Origin: Azolla caroliniana
Lineage: Eukaryota > Plantae > Polypodiophyta
NCBI GenBank assembly: GCA_043228905.1
Contig: JBHGNT010000009.1
Location: 9,424,001-9,488,000 of the forward strand
Direction: 5' to 3'
Length of the DNA stretch: 64,000 nucleotides
Positions within the stretch are counted from its first letter, which is position 1, and each line of letters opens with the position of its first letter. This document shows, piece after piece, positions 1-11,859 of this stretch. The translations under genes were made by a program, and so were the position numbers. Below the pieces are notes generated by a model. It was not told where the DNA came from. It searched no databases and saw only the letters and a list, made by a program, of their open reading frames with translations.

Positions 1-790
1 ACAGTGTTGATGAGCAAACTCGGCCGAGGCCGAACCCGGATGTGGAGTACTCGGCAACGGAAGACCCGGTGAGAATCGGATGTGGAGTACCCGGCAATGG
101 AAGACCCCGTGAGAACCGGATGACAAGTACCCGACAACGGAAGACCCGATGAGAACCGGATGACGAGTACCCGGCAACGGAAGACCCGGTGAGAACCGGA
201 TGACGAGTACCCGGCAACGAAAGACCCGGTGAGAACCGGATGACGAGTACCCGGCAACAAAAGGAACCGGATGACGAGTTCCCGGCAAGACCCGGATGAT
301 GCAAGCCCAGTGAGGAGTGCTCACCGGATGAAGGGACATATTCGTAAATATGTTTCTGAGAGTCCATTGGGGCTATATTTGTAAATAGCCAAAAAGTCAT
401 ATTAGTATAAATATGACTTAGGGCAAACTTAGTGCAATAGTAGTTGTCATACTTGTTGGTGCAAGATTTGAGTGCAACTGTGTACAGAGAGAGAGAGAGT
501 GTGTGAGTGAGAGACGAAGAGGACGTTGTCTCTGTTGTAACCGCCGCCTGTGGCGAAGACAGTGAACAAGAGGTCGTTGCCTCTGTGTTCATTCATTGTA
601 TATTGTAACATAGTGATAGTTTGCAGTTTGTGGACTGTCGTGGTTTTTTTTCCCATGTTTGGGTTTTCCACGTAAAAATCTTGTGTACTCTTCTCTTTAC
701 TGTGTATTGTGTACATTACCCGTTTTCTGTGTTTGATCCTAGACTCGGTTGTGGCCGAGCGTTGTCTTTCGGGAGCGTGTAGTCCTCACA
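1..790. mobile_element. LTR (family A), left end outside the window, inserted in Copia integrase
   Basis: Colinear with the solo LTRs at 8996-9609 and 19112-19921 (shared blocks gacatattcgtaaatatgtttctgagag, gtcatattagtataaatatgact, tgttgtaaccgccgcctgtggcga). Ends ...TCACA at 790. Confidence 0.75.
31..290. repeat. 40-bp tandem repeat (~6 copies) inside family-A LTR
   Basis: Unit gagaaccggatgacgagtacccggcaacggaagacccggt recurs at 71, 111, 151, 191, 231. Confidence 0.9.
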
Positions 791-1267
791 CTTCAAGCCT
801 GATTGCTCTTGACGGCGCCAAATTTATCACGTATATTGCCGTCTACAATGCCTCGGCCTAGAATTCCAACTTCAATCCGACTTGCTGGAGCATTGTGGTC
901 ACCCTCTCCTGGATCATTCGGTTGATCCGTTAAGCCACCCCATTCTGCATGGGTGTGTAAGGAACGGTCTTTTGACGCCGGATCCCTTTTTCGGACACGT
1001 ATTGTTTGAAGGCTCTGGAGGTGTACTCACCTCCGTTGTCGGATCAGAGTGTCTTCACTCTGTGTCCCGACCGGTTCTCCACTTCAGATATCCATCGAGT
1101 GCAGACCTCGAGCGCTTCATCTTTGGACTTGATGGAGTATGCCCAAACTTTTCGTGTACAGTCATTAACGAATGCGATGAAGTATCGGGAGCCTCCTAGT
1201 GATCGCTTTGGCATGGGCCCACATATGTCTGTGTGCACGAGCTCTAGGGGTTGTCGTACCGTCTCGT

Positions 1268-1949
1268 TGTCGTGAAGATTTTCGTCCGTAAGGGGAAAAC
1301 CGAGCGGAGCGAGCAAAACCGGGGTGTGCAACGTTGCACACGCACATGATGTATTTGTAAAATATTAATAAGAACAAATGTAAATTGTAAGAAATGCACC
1401 ACAAGATTCCTAAAGTATAAATGTGATGTACATAGGAGTACGAGATGAGTAATGGGCGTAGTAGTATGTGTGAGGAGTGGGAGTTAAGGCCCCATCAATC
1501 CCTCCTCCAAGAATCTAAGCAAATATCCCCCCATTGAATGAAGGGGATATTTAGTCCCTCCTTTTTGTAACGGCTTTTTCTCCTTATGCTATAAAAGGAG
1601 AGGAAGGGGCACCATTGAGAGGGTTGCCTATTTTGAGTAAGAAGAGGTATACCACTTAGGTCAAGAGTATCTATTCGGTTTAGGGTTTCTTAATTTCTTT
1701 CTTTACTTATCCTATTAGGGTTTACATTCTACTTATGTCTTGAGTCCGGCCCACGCGGCCGCGGTTGTAATCGCATTGAGGCTTTCATGCCATAATATAC
1801 GTAACTTCTTAAATCTTGTCTCTTTCTACTTTCTCCACCGTGTTAATCTCCTCCACTTTGCTCATGCCCGTCTTCCCATCTACTCCATAGTCCAAGACCC
1901 CCCTGGTCCCGCCACCTTATTCTACACGCACGCGCGAAGTAACGTGACA
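1268..1949. mobile_element. Solo LTR (682 bp) with 4-bp TSD TCGT
   Basis: Starts TGTCGTGAAGA, ends GTGACA. TCGT at 1264-1267 and 1950-1953. Removing it restores host frame HYETVRQPLELVHTD. Confidence 0.88.
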
Positions 1950-2491
1950 TCGTAGTGGAGAGAGTGTGGACTTCAAGTCTGTTTCCCATATCGACAATGC
2001 TCACAGAAGTCCGTCTTTGCCTGGAGTTTCACGATGTAGCCGACCGACATCAGCCGATCAAGTCCGGCTTGAGACATGTGGCCAAGTCAGCCATGCCATA
2101 AGTTTGGGTCGGTTTTCTTGGCTACGTTCACGACCCCTTCAGGGTTGATCACCATCAATGGGTATAGATTATTATACTTATGCCCACTACCGATTTTGAG
2201 GTTTCCTCGGATAATCACCCATGTCGACTTGTGTAAAATCGTTCGATACCCGTCTTCGGCTAACATACTGATGGAGACCAGACTCCTTTTTAGATCGGGT
2301 ACGTGTCGAACTCAATGAAGGGTTATTGTATTGTCATTTGGCAATCTGATGGGAACCTCCCCGGTTCCGGCTATCTTGCACTCCTGCCCGTTTCCCAGTC
2401 GGATTGTGCCGTTGGCATCGGCTGAATAGTTCGAGAACCATTCAACGTTGGAGGTCACGTGAAATGTGGCACCAGAGTCTAGTAGCCACGA

Positions 2492-3562
2492 TGTCGTGAA
2501 GATTTTCGACAATGGTGTGAAAATCGCATAAAACATACAAAATCGAGTATGATTAATATAAAACAATAATAGTGAAAATACTATTTAATATCTTGGTACA
2601 AAAAGATGGAGGTCTTCAAGAGCTTTCGAATGCACTTTACTACATCACAAACGGACATCTAAGTCTCAAGTTATGTGGGTAGGAAGTTTGCAAAGAAAAA
2701 GAGAAAGATAAAACTATGAGATATCCCACATAGACAGGACAAATAAGGATCCCACCTTATATAAGGCAGAGCAAAAGCTATTGTTTTTGTGTTTATGTGT
2801 GGAGCATAGAGAGTTCAAGCTGACTTGAACTAAGTTAATTGGATGAGTGGTGTGGCCTAGCTACTTGTAAAGGTTTTAGCCAACCAAAACCGGCAGCGGC
2901 GCCGGTGAGCCAGCGATAATCGGCGGCGGCGGCAGCAGTGAGCCGGTGACCGACAAGCGACTCAGGATGCGGACTCGACCGGACCAAACGGATGCAAAGT
3001 ATTTTGTGCATAAAAGAAAAAGACTTAAGCAAGACTCGAATTGAACACCTCCAAGATAAGAAGCAATAGGCTTACCATTAAGCCAAACCATTTCTTTAGG
3101 GATTATATTTTTATAATTATAGCTTTACATGTAAATTCTCATGTGTGAGAGCTTAGATGATGACATGGCAAGCATGCATTGTGTGCATTGCATGCATTTC
3201 ATGCATGTCTTCCACCCTCACATGCACCATATGCATCGGGGCATCTAGAAAAGAGTGGAGGAATCAAGCAAAAGGACATTTTTATCAAGCAAGCTTTGTA
3301 CTTTAAATAAAAATTAATATTAAGAAGAAAATTTGTTATCCTTTTGATGATATACCTTGTTCTTCAAATCTAAAGTCAAGAGTTCAATCTTAATCTCTCT
3401 CACAATCTAAAATCAAGCGTTCTATCTTATCTCAATCTCTCTCTCTTTCAATCTAACTTAAATCCTTTCTCGCTAAAGCTAGTAAAAACTTCGAGTCCTT
3501 CTAGTCCAGAATCTCAAAGGTTCCGCCTCACGATTCGCACGTAGTGACGGATCGTCACGACA
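2492..3562. mobile_element. Solo LTR (~1.07 kb), same terminal type; probable TSD ACGA, right boundary ambiguous by a few bp
   Basis: Starts TGTCGTGAAGATTTTCG like the LTR at 1268 and ends near TCACGACA. Host Copia frame (AHM..SWLLDSGA) resumes on both sides. Confidence 0.75.
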
Positions 3563-4608
3563 ACATGTGTGCAATTTGTGCACTGTAGAGGACTTCTCCG
3601 ATCATTGAATCCTCTAGTGAGAGGATTTCTCTAGATTGGGTGTCGGCAACATTGATCAGGTTGTCGACTAGAGAGTGGTCCGAGTCAGAACGTCCCTGAT
3701 TCCGCTCGGATCGTCGATCACTCTCTTTTCTTTTTATTGACCAATAGTCGGAAACATTGTGGCCAGCTTCCCTGCAGTGTGTGCAGTACTGACTTGTTCA
3801 ACCCATTCTCGACTTTGTACGTTGTCGGTCACCCCTTGTTTTCAATCGGTTGTAGCGCCGACCGGTTCTGTCGGCTTGTTCTTTCGTTCAACTCTGTCCG
3901 TCGAACGACTCGATCGAGTGATGGGCTTCTGCCGACTCACCGATGGTTAGTCCCATCGATTTTCGCCTCATGTCCTCTATGAGGACTTGGCTGGTTGTTT
4001 TGTCCAGATTTAGGATCAGTCGGCTATTGGCGTAAGTCGTACAGAATACCTCCCAGCTCACCGGCAAGCTCAATAGGATGGCAAGAGCTTTCACTTCTTC
4101 TTCGAAGTTGATCCCTTGTGACGAGAGCTCTGACAACACCCGATTGAAGGTGTTGATGTGGGAGTTTGTCGAATTAGTCTCTTTCATCTTCATGTTGAAC
4201 AATTGATTGATCAAGATCAGTTTCGAAGATGAGGACTTCTTCTCATAGACAGCCTGTAGCTTTTCCCACAATGAGAATGTTGTCATTTCTTTCGCCATGC
4301 TTAAATAGACGTTTTCGGCAGATGCATTCGGATGGTGGAGCGTGCGATTTCATCTGTTGATCTCCACTCCTCGGTTGTCATTGAAGTAGGTTTTTTGTCG
4401 TGCCGAATGGCTTCGACCTATCTTCAAATGATCAGCACATCCTGCATCATCTCCTTCCACAAGGCAAAGTTTTTGCCTTCGAATTTTTTTATTTCAACTC
4501 CTGTTCCGAATGTTGAAGCCATATTCTGTTTGTGAACTTATGATTTTTGACCTGGTCTTTTCTTTCGGCTTCTTCTGTTGTCTGTTGCCGCCGAAGAGCA
4601 AAGATTCG

Positions 4609-4620
4609 GCTCTGATACCA
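4609..4620 (-). promoter_or_regulatory. Primer-binding site, tRNA-iMet
   Basis: TGGTATCAGAGC 2 nt inside the Copia 5' LTR end. Confidence 0.9.
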
Positions 4621-5749
4621 GTTGTGAGTACGAGTGCTATGTGCGAAAACGTGTATGGATCTGTAGTCGGTACTGAACAGCAAACAACACATACACCGAT
4701 GGAGCTTTAATGGAAAGCTTCTTATTACTTCGTTCTTTCTCAGAGATACGATACTCTGCTCGTCATCACTCATTACAATGTTAGGTATTCGCTTATATAC
4801 TAAGCCCGAACTTATTAACGAGTTCACACTCGGACGAATACAATTTGGAAGGAGTCGGCCTTTTATGCCAACAGTAAAGATATTATACGGTATATTCTAG
4901 ATGAGTATATTCTAGAGATATTCAATCTTGGAAGTTGTATAAATACATGTAACCATAGATTGACATATTTGCATTCATGGGAAGGGGCCTACCCCACAAA
5001 TCCATACGAATAGGAATACGAATGCATGTAAATGTATTCGTTTTCTTTTTTTTTCTTTTTTTTTCTTTTTTTCTTTTTTTAAAATAATAAATAAATAATT
5101 GTTTTTTTCCTGTGAGCGAGTGAACGAACAACGAGCAGCGAGTGAGGAAGCCTCACCCTACTCCCTCCCTGTGCATGCTGCCCTCGCTTCCCTCTGCATA
5201 TTGTTCTTGACCAGAAAATTAGGGTTTCGGCTAAAAACCCTAATCTATGTCATAGTCCTAATTTCGACAATATTTCTTTCTTTTGAGCCCGCGTCCGTGA
5301 ATCCCTCTCATGCTCTATTCTAATCCTACATCCTGTTCTCAGCTCCAAACTCAGGCTTTCACTAAAACCCTAAGTTTAGCTAAGTTTAGTAGAAGCCCTA
5401 ATTAATTAGCTAATATTTTTGAATTAATTTTTTAATGAATTAATGAATTAAGATATGTATACAGTATTAGTAAATTAATTAATGTATTAGTGAGTCAATT
5501 AATGTTTAAGTGAATTAATTAATTATGATATTAGTGAATCAATTAATGTTTAAGTGAATTAATTAATGATGATTTTAGTGAGTTAATTAATTATTGATGT
5601 ATGTGTGTATATACATATATGAGTGATATATGTGTGTGTATACACATGTATGTATGTGTGTATATGTATATATCATATATGTATGTGTATATATATACAT
5701 ATATCATATATGTATGTAACAAACACATCCAAATACATGGTCATGTTAT

Positions 5750-7175
5750 GTATATCTTCGTCGATTATCTATTCAAGTTCTAGGAGTTTTTAGAAAGTTC
5801 TAGACCTAGAAGGTTCTAGAGGATTTTAGAATATTCTCCAAAATATTCTTCAGAATATTCTAATGCATGTACTTCAACTTGTAACCTCCTTGGTCCCTTT
5901 CAAGGGATTCAACACCAGTCATTGACACATCAATCTAGTATTCTCGTTTCATGCCATATTGTCTCCTTCTTCATCTATGTCTTCATGCTCTCCATAGCTT
6001 CCTAAGTTCATAGTCTCATCACTCACAACTTCTAGAGTTCCTAGCCTTTTTCTTTCAGTTCCACGTTCGTAGCCTTATGGATCGTAGCCTCGTCATCCGT
6101 GCTCCGTCATAGTCCGTGGTTGGTGTGTCCGTGACTATTTGAATCCCGTCCAACTGGAAGCACCACCCATTTCCGTTATCACCCTTGCTTCTAGAGTTAC
6201 CATCATCACTATCCTTGCTTCTAGAGTTACCATCATCAACATCCTTGTCTTGGACATCACCATTTTCAACACATCTTCACCCAACCTTCATCATCATCAA
6301 CACTACTTTGTATGTTCTTTCATTATCATCATTGTTCCGCCCTCTTCATTGTCATTGTTATCATCTATAGGTATCATTTTGCATCACGATTTTGGCGAGG
6401 ACCGATTTCTATCCCTCACCGTCTAGTTCTGGTGGGGGTCTCAACCGGTCACTTTCATGGTGGGGATCGAATCATTGCTCGCTTGCACTCCATTTTCATT
6501 TTAGTTCAAGTCTCGCTCCAGTTTCCGTGGGTGAGGACCGATTTCGATCGCGCAACTTCTAAGTTCCAGTTGGGGTCACAACCACTCACTTTCATGGTGG
6601 GGATCGAATCATTGCTTGCTTGCACTCCATTTATATTAAATCAGTTCAAGTCTTGCTCCACTTTCCTTTGGTGAAGACCCATTTCGATCGCTCACCTTCT
6701 AGTTCGGGTGGGGTTCACAACCACTCACTTTCCTGGTGGGGATCGTGTCAGTTTCTCGCTAGCACTACCGTTTCTGCCGCGTTTTGGGTCAACCTCAACT
6801 ATTTACCCTCTCATGATAGAAGAAGTCGAGTCGACCACTTCACCTGCTCTTCTTCGCTCGTTGGTGTTCCAATTCCCAGTGAGGACCGCACATGGTCACT
6901 CACGCCCGTCAGTGTTCCAGTTCCCGATGAGGACTGCACATGGTCTCTCACGCCCATCCTTGTTCCAATTCCCGGTGAGGACCACACATGGTCACTCACA
7001 AATGTCGGTGTTCCAGTTCCCGATGAGGACCGCACATGCTCGCTCATGCTCATCGGTGCTCCAATTCCCGTTCACCCCTACACCATGCTTCCAAAAAGGC
7101 GGTCGTGAAGGGGAGGATAATGTCACGACATAGTGATATCAAATACATAGTTGGTGAGGATTGAACGTGCAACCT
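5750..7175 (+). mobile_element. Non-autonomous chromovirus-related LTR element (partial 5' LTR, non-coding repetitive interior, PPT, truncated 3' LTR); left boundary approximate
   Basis: TTCTAGA-rich tract and ttcaacaccagtc are shared with the chromovirus LTRs. PPT gaaggggaggataa (7107-7120) followed by TGTCACGA mirrors aaggggataa-TGTCATGA of the 11844 element. Confidence 0.6.
6397..7075. repeat. Internal tandem arrays: ~136-140-bp unit x~3 (6397-6750) and 48-bp unit x~4 (6864-7075)
   Basis: gaggaccgatttc recurs at 6397, 6533 and ~6673. The 48-bp unit translates as repeated VFQFPVRTAHGHSRPS. Confidence 0.85.
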
Positions 7176-9299
7176 CACAAGTGAATCAAACCTACATTCT
7201 TTGGTCAACGATCTATCCGACCGACACCAACTTCTTGGTAATTGTCAGGATGTCCAACACGTTCATGAGTCTCCCCTTCTGTCCGACATGACTAAGAGGA
7301 ACTTCGCCAACATGTTTGATTGGGTGCGGAGTGTCGTCTCAGGTTTCAACCACTCCTGGTTGATTTGGTTTCTCTAGATATGAGAACCATTCTTCATGGC
7401 TCTTCATATGATTTGACGCTCCGATGTCAACATACCACACCTCGTCCGATTGTGAGGTGGTCTTGTTCATCGAGTTTGCCTTGTGTTTCACCACAAATGC
7501 TGGCCCCTTTCCATTTTTTCCGCTTCCGGATCCATCTGAACCTTCAGCGTAGTGCGATCTGTACCAGTTTTCGTGTTCGGCTTTGTCTGATCCGGATTTG
7601 TCTTAATCGGCATGCTTCTTCCAACACTCGCTCTCCTAGTGGCATTTCTGGCCACAATACCAGCATTTTGTTTCAACTTTCCCTTGTCGGTTTCCGGCGC
7701 CGCCTTGACTCCCCCTGATTGTGGAGGGTTCGGAACTATTGTGGCAACACCTCTATGCCTTCTTTCCTACTCTTGTTGACCGCCACCATTGCGTGCCGAT
7801 CCACCTCGCTTGCCACGCCCACGAGGCCGATCCGCCTCCGTGTACAACATCCAGTTGTCTGATTGAGTGGTTCTCAACCCACTCGCGTGGTTTTCTTCAA
7901 CCATCAGCATCGACTGCAAGTGAAAGAAGAATGGTGGCTTCTCCCCTGTGCATATTGCCATCCAGATTGGCCCGTACCTCTACGAGAGACCACTGAGATA
8001 GATCTGTACCATCTCGTCTTCATCCACTATCACGTTGACGGATCCCAGGGCATTGTTGATCTTCTTTATTTTGGTGGTGTAGTCGGTGACTGACATATCC
8101 TTCTACCAGATATTGTTGAGCTCTTGTTGATGCTGCATTTTTCAGGCCGTGGTACTCGTGGCGAAAATCTTTTCCAAATTTTCCCAGGCCTCCAGCGTTT
8201 TTGCATATCTGATGTTGCCCAACATCTGGTCATGCACACATGACGCAAGGCAGTACAACACTCTGCTCGTTTCTTGTTCCCACACCGGGAATTGCTTGTG
8301 TGCCGGTTCCGGCGCTACCTCATTTTCTCCTTCTACATAACTCCAATAGTCGTGGCCGAGCAGGTACTGATACATCTTGTACAACCAAGATGCATAGTTG
8401 CTCTGGTCGAGCTTTTCTATAGCAAGCGAGCTTGCCATTCTTCTGTCCATGTCTTTCTTCTTCTTGTCTGTTCTTACCGGATGTTAGGGTTTGTATGAGT
8501 TAAGCGTTTCTTCTTCTTGTCTGTTCTTACCGGATGTTAGGGTTTGTATGAGTTAAGCATTTCTTGGCATCATAGGATACTCAACCCTCTCACTTTGATA
8601 CCATGTAAAGATTTACATCTGGAAGCTCGTAGACACAACCGGCTTAGTTGGATAGCAAAAGAAATAGAACAAAGGTTTAATGGAAAGCTTAAAAGAATAC
8701 ATAGAGAATGCGGGAGAGACAAAGAGAGCAAAACACACAAAACTCTATTTTCAAAAAAATACTCTTTACATACTAATGTTCTCAAAGAGCACTTTTATAT
8801 AAGACCTTAAAAGGACTGATAGAAGTACTGACAAGTACTCCAATGCTCGTACTGAGCGACAAGCACTAATTCCCAAAAATATTCCTATGTACTAGGCTAG
8901 GATCATAGGCCTCTAACAGCCTACCGGTATCACACCGATCAAGTTCCCTCCGATCCGGCTCTCCGTTCTAGGTCTTCATCCGATCCGGCTCTCTGTGTTG
9001 GGAGACAGGTCCCTCCGGATGGGAAAGGAGAAGAACAGTGTTGATGAACAAACTCAGCCGAGGCCGAAACCGTATAATGAGTACCCAGCTACGAAGAGCC
9101 GGATGGTGCAGACCCGGTGAGAAGTGCTCACCGGATGAAGAGACATATTCGTAAATATGTTTCTGAGAGTCCATCATGGCTATATTTGTAAATAGCTGAA
9201 AAGTCATATTAGTATAAATATGACTTAGGGCAAACTTTTAGAATTAGTGAGAGTCGTTGTCATTCTTGTTGGTGAAAGAAGAGAGTGCGCGCAACTGTG

Positions 9300-9335
<36 letters not shown>

Positions 9336-9658
9336 AAGAGGTTGTTGCCTCTGTTGTAACCGCCGCCTGTGGCGAGGATCGTGAGCACGAGGTCGTTGCC
9401 TCCGTGAACTCACTGTTGTACATTCTAACATAGTGATAGTTTGCAGCCTATGGGTTGCCGTGGTTTTTTCCCTTAGTTTGGGTTTTCCACGTAAACATCC
9501 TGCGTACTCGTCTCCTCTTCGTGTCGTTTGTCATTTCCCGTTTTCTGTGTATGATTCTAAGCTCGGTTGTGGCCGAGTGTTGCGTATAACAAGCGTTTAG
9601 TTCCCGTCACTCTGCTTGTTCAACCAATTCGGCCCATGTTGAGCTTGTCCGCTCAACA
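7176..9658 (-). mobile_element. Truncated Copia (5' LTR 8604-9658, Met PBS 8593-8603, gag-protease pseudogene), relative of the 20508 Copia
   Basis: Gag MDRRMASSLAIEKLDQSNYASW matches 20964 MDRGMASSLPTEKLDRTNYASW. LTR start tgttgagcggacaagctcaaca matches. PBS TGGTATCAAAG. Confidence 0.88.
8996..9609. mobile_element. Solo LTR family A, 5-bp TSD CTCTG, inserted in a Copia LTR
   Basis: TGTTGGGA...GTCA. CTCTG at 8991-8995 and 9610-9614. Confidence 0.92.
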
Positions 9659-10083
9659 AGGACATATTCTATTTCTTCTTTAGCCATAAAGTATATATGA
9701 ATATTCAAGAGTTGATGATGAAGAAGTTATGCCTGCAAAAATGGGAAGAAGTTGAACATGCATGCCTAGTAACATCATCGTACAAGGCTTTGGAAGAATT
9801 CTTTCCTTATTTAGAGAATGGGTAAGTGTAATTGTAGTTTTAGATTGTTGGAATACTTGGTATTGTGTTGTTTTAAGTGCTTTTGTTGTAATAATATTCC
9901 TAATAGAGTTGATAATTGTAGAAACCACCTCGTTCGAAGAAAACAGGTGATACAAATGAAGACATTCCAATTTCGTTTATCACGCACTAAGAAAGAGCTA
10001 AATACGAGAAGAGGATGACGAAAGGGAAAAATCTAATGTAGTGTATAACTATATTGACATGTTTGGATTATAGTATAGGGATG

Positions 10084-10433
10084 TGTTGAGAATCAAGCTC
10101 AACTTGGTCTAGTGCGTGAACTCACCTTGAGAGTGAATAGACACTCCAACGGTCAAGAGTCACCATTAAGTCACCACTTTGTATTCTAGCATTTAGTATG
10201 AGTCATAGAATCATATTCTATGACACATAACTTATGAGCTTTCACATTCCCCATGCTCCATGAGTCTTGTAGTTAATGAAGAGAGAGGGTGACTATATAA
10301 AGCCTTGTATAATGTTGAGTCTTTCTCCTTTGTTAATATACTTTACCTTGCGTATTCTCTGTGTCTTACTCCTTGTCTCTCTCACTCTCTCTCTCTCTCA
10401 TACTCACACGCAGTTCATATCTATTCCGCAGCA
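10084..10433 (+). mobile_element. Probable old Copia-type LTR remnant
   Basis: Starts tgttgagaatcaagctcaac, like the Copia LTRs here, and has a TATA and CT tract. Shares ttctatgacacata and ggtgactatataa with 46210-46560. No TSD found. Confidence 0.4.
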
Positions 10434-11859
10434 CGGAATCCATCTCTTGATTCTTTACAATATGTTATTGTGGTTTTTGTTGAAGGCTAGGGAATGTAAT
10501 TTGACCTGCTTTATGATTTTAAGTACTACGATAGCATGTGCGCTAAAGATGTTCAGGAACTTTGTTGCGCTAGAGAAGAACTCTGAACAAGTCAACTTCA
10601 TCAAAATGGGGATCCAAGGTATCTAGGATTGTCCAAATCAAGACCAAGAAGTTGGAGGAAGCATATAAACGAAACTGAAAGATTCCAACTAGCATCCCGA
10701 GAACCAATGGAGCCAATTGATGAAGAAGTAGGGGATCTTGTTGACTCGAATAACGTATTAGAGTCTGAACAGATCTTAAATTCGAATGCGTGTACCGAAA
10801 ATGCCAATGAGGACGATCTACAACAACCAACTAGTCCAGAAGAGCCCATCGTTCCAGACTTGTTGATAGATTGATTGCATATGGCTTAATGTAATTGAAC
10901 ATGATGGATTTGGAACTCATTGACTTAATTAATGCAAGCTATGATTTGTATACTTAACTCTTTCGTTCGAATATATGGTCGAGTTTGATGTTAATTTAAG
11001 TTGTGTCATATATTTCTTAAGTACATATGTTGTTGCTTACCTTTATATGGATACATGTATGAGTCAATCATTCGATAAATGCATAAATCGTTGGTATATA
11101 TGTTACAGTGTGTGTGTGTTTAACAATCAATAGGAAGGCAAAATAAACAATTCTTTATTGTATTTGTTCTTGGCCTTTACTCTCTTGGTGTCTAGTATAT
11201 ATATTGTTTGAATCATTGCTAAATGTATATAGTTACATATTAATTGTTGAACTTTGCCACTCCTAGAATCTTCGATAGTAGTGTGACTTGATCATAGTTG
11301 TTGAACTTTGACACTCTAAGAATCTTCGATAGTAGTGTAACTTGAGACAAAAAGTATAGTCAGAGGAACTTTATGATCTTAGACTCTCGTGGAATGTTAG
11401 ATAGTATGTGTCAAGAAAGAGAGAGAGAGAGAGAATTGAAAGGAAAGTATTATATTGCATTGTAAGAAGGATTACAAATAGTAGGCAAAAGAGAGCTATA
11501 GAATGGCATTGAACCAATTTGGTTTTGGGATGATTGATAGATCCCTATTTATAAGTCCCTGTAGAGTAAATAGAACATTCTAGAATCTTCTAGGACATTC
11601 TAGAGTATAGAGTAATCTAGAAGGTTTCTAGAGTATTCTAGAAATTTCTAGTATATAGAACACTCTAGAATATTCTAGGTCATTCTAGAATGTAGAGTGA
11701 TAGAATATTCTTATGATATTAGATTATATATTCTAATAACTATACATATAAGTATATTATTATAATGGTTAAGGATTTGATATGTGTATAACAAGGTTGT
11801 GGGTTCAAATCCTTTCGAGGCATAATATGAGTGTCATCATGACATTATCCCCTTTTTTC

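Larger units (their letters stand above)
791..4873 (-). mobile_element. Degenerate Ty1/Copia element (5' LTR 4623-4873, gag, protease, integrase core), split by two solo LTRs
   Basis: Gag (LWEKLQAVYEKKSSSSKL), protease WLLDSGATFH, integrase LELVHTDICGPM...SRYF. TG..CA LTR followed by tRNA-iMet PBS. Multiple stops and frameshifts. Confidence 0.88.

Noticed and set aside
31-290. Regular short repeats resembling a CRISPR array (also 6864-7075 and 19190-19470)
   Set aside because: Head-to-tail tandem units without unique spacers, no cas genes, and located inside eukaryotic LTR elements.
5219-5400. AAACCCTA telomere-like motifs
   Set aside because: Scattered single telo-box copies, not an array.
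5599-5720. ORFs over TA/TG, GA and poly-A microsatellites (also 4922-5131, 60495-60782)
   Set aside because: Low-complexity artefacts.
9680-10874. Possible decayed DNA-transposase fragments (WNTW motif, acidic tail)
   Set aside because: Too short and degenerate; no TIRs or catalytic motifs recognised.
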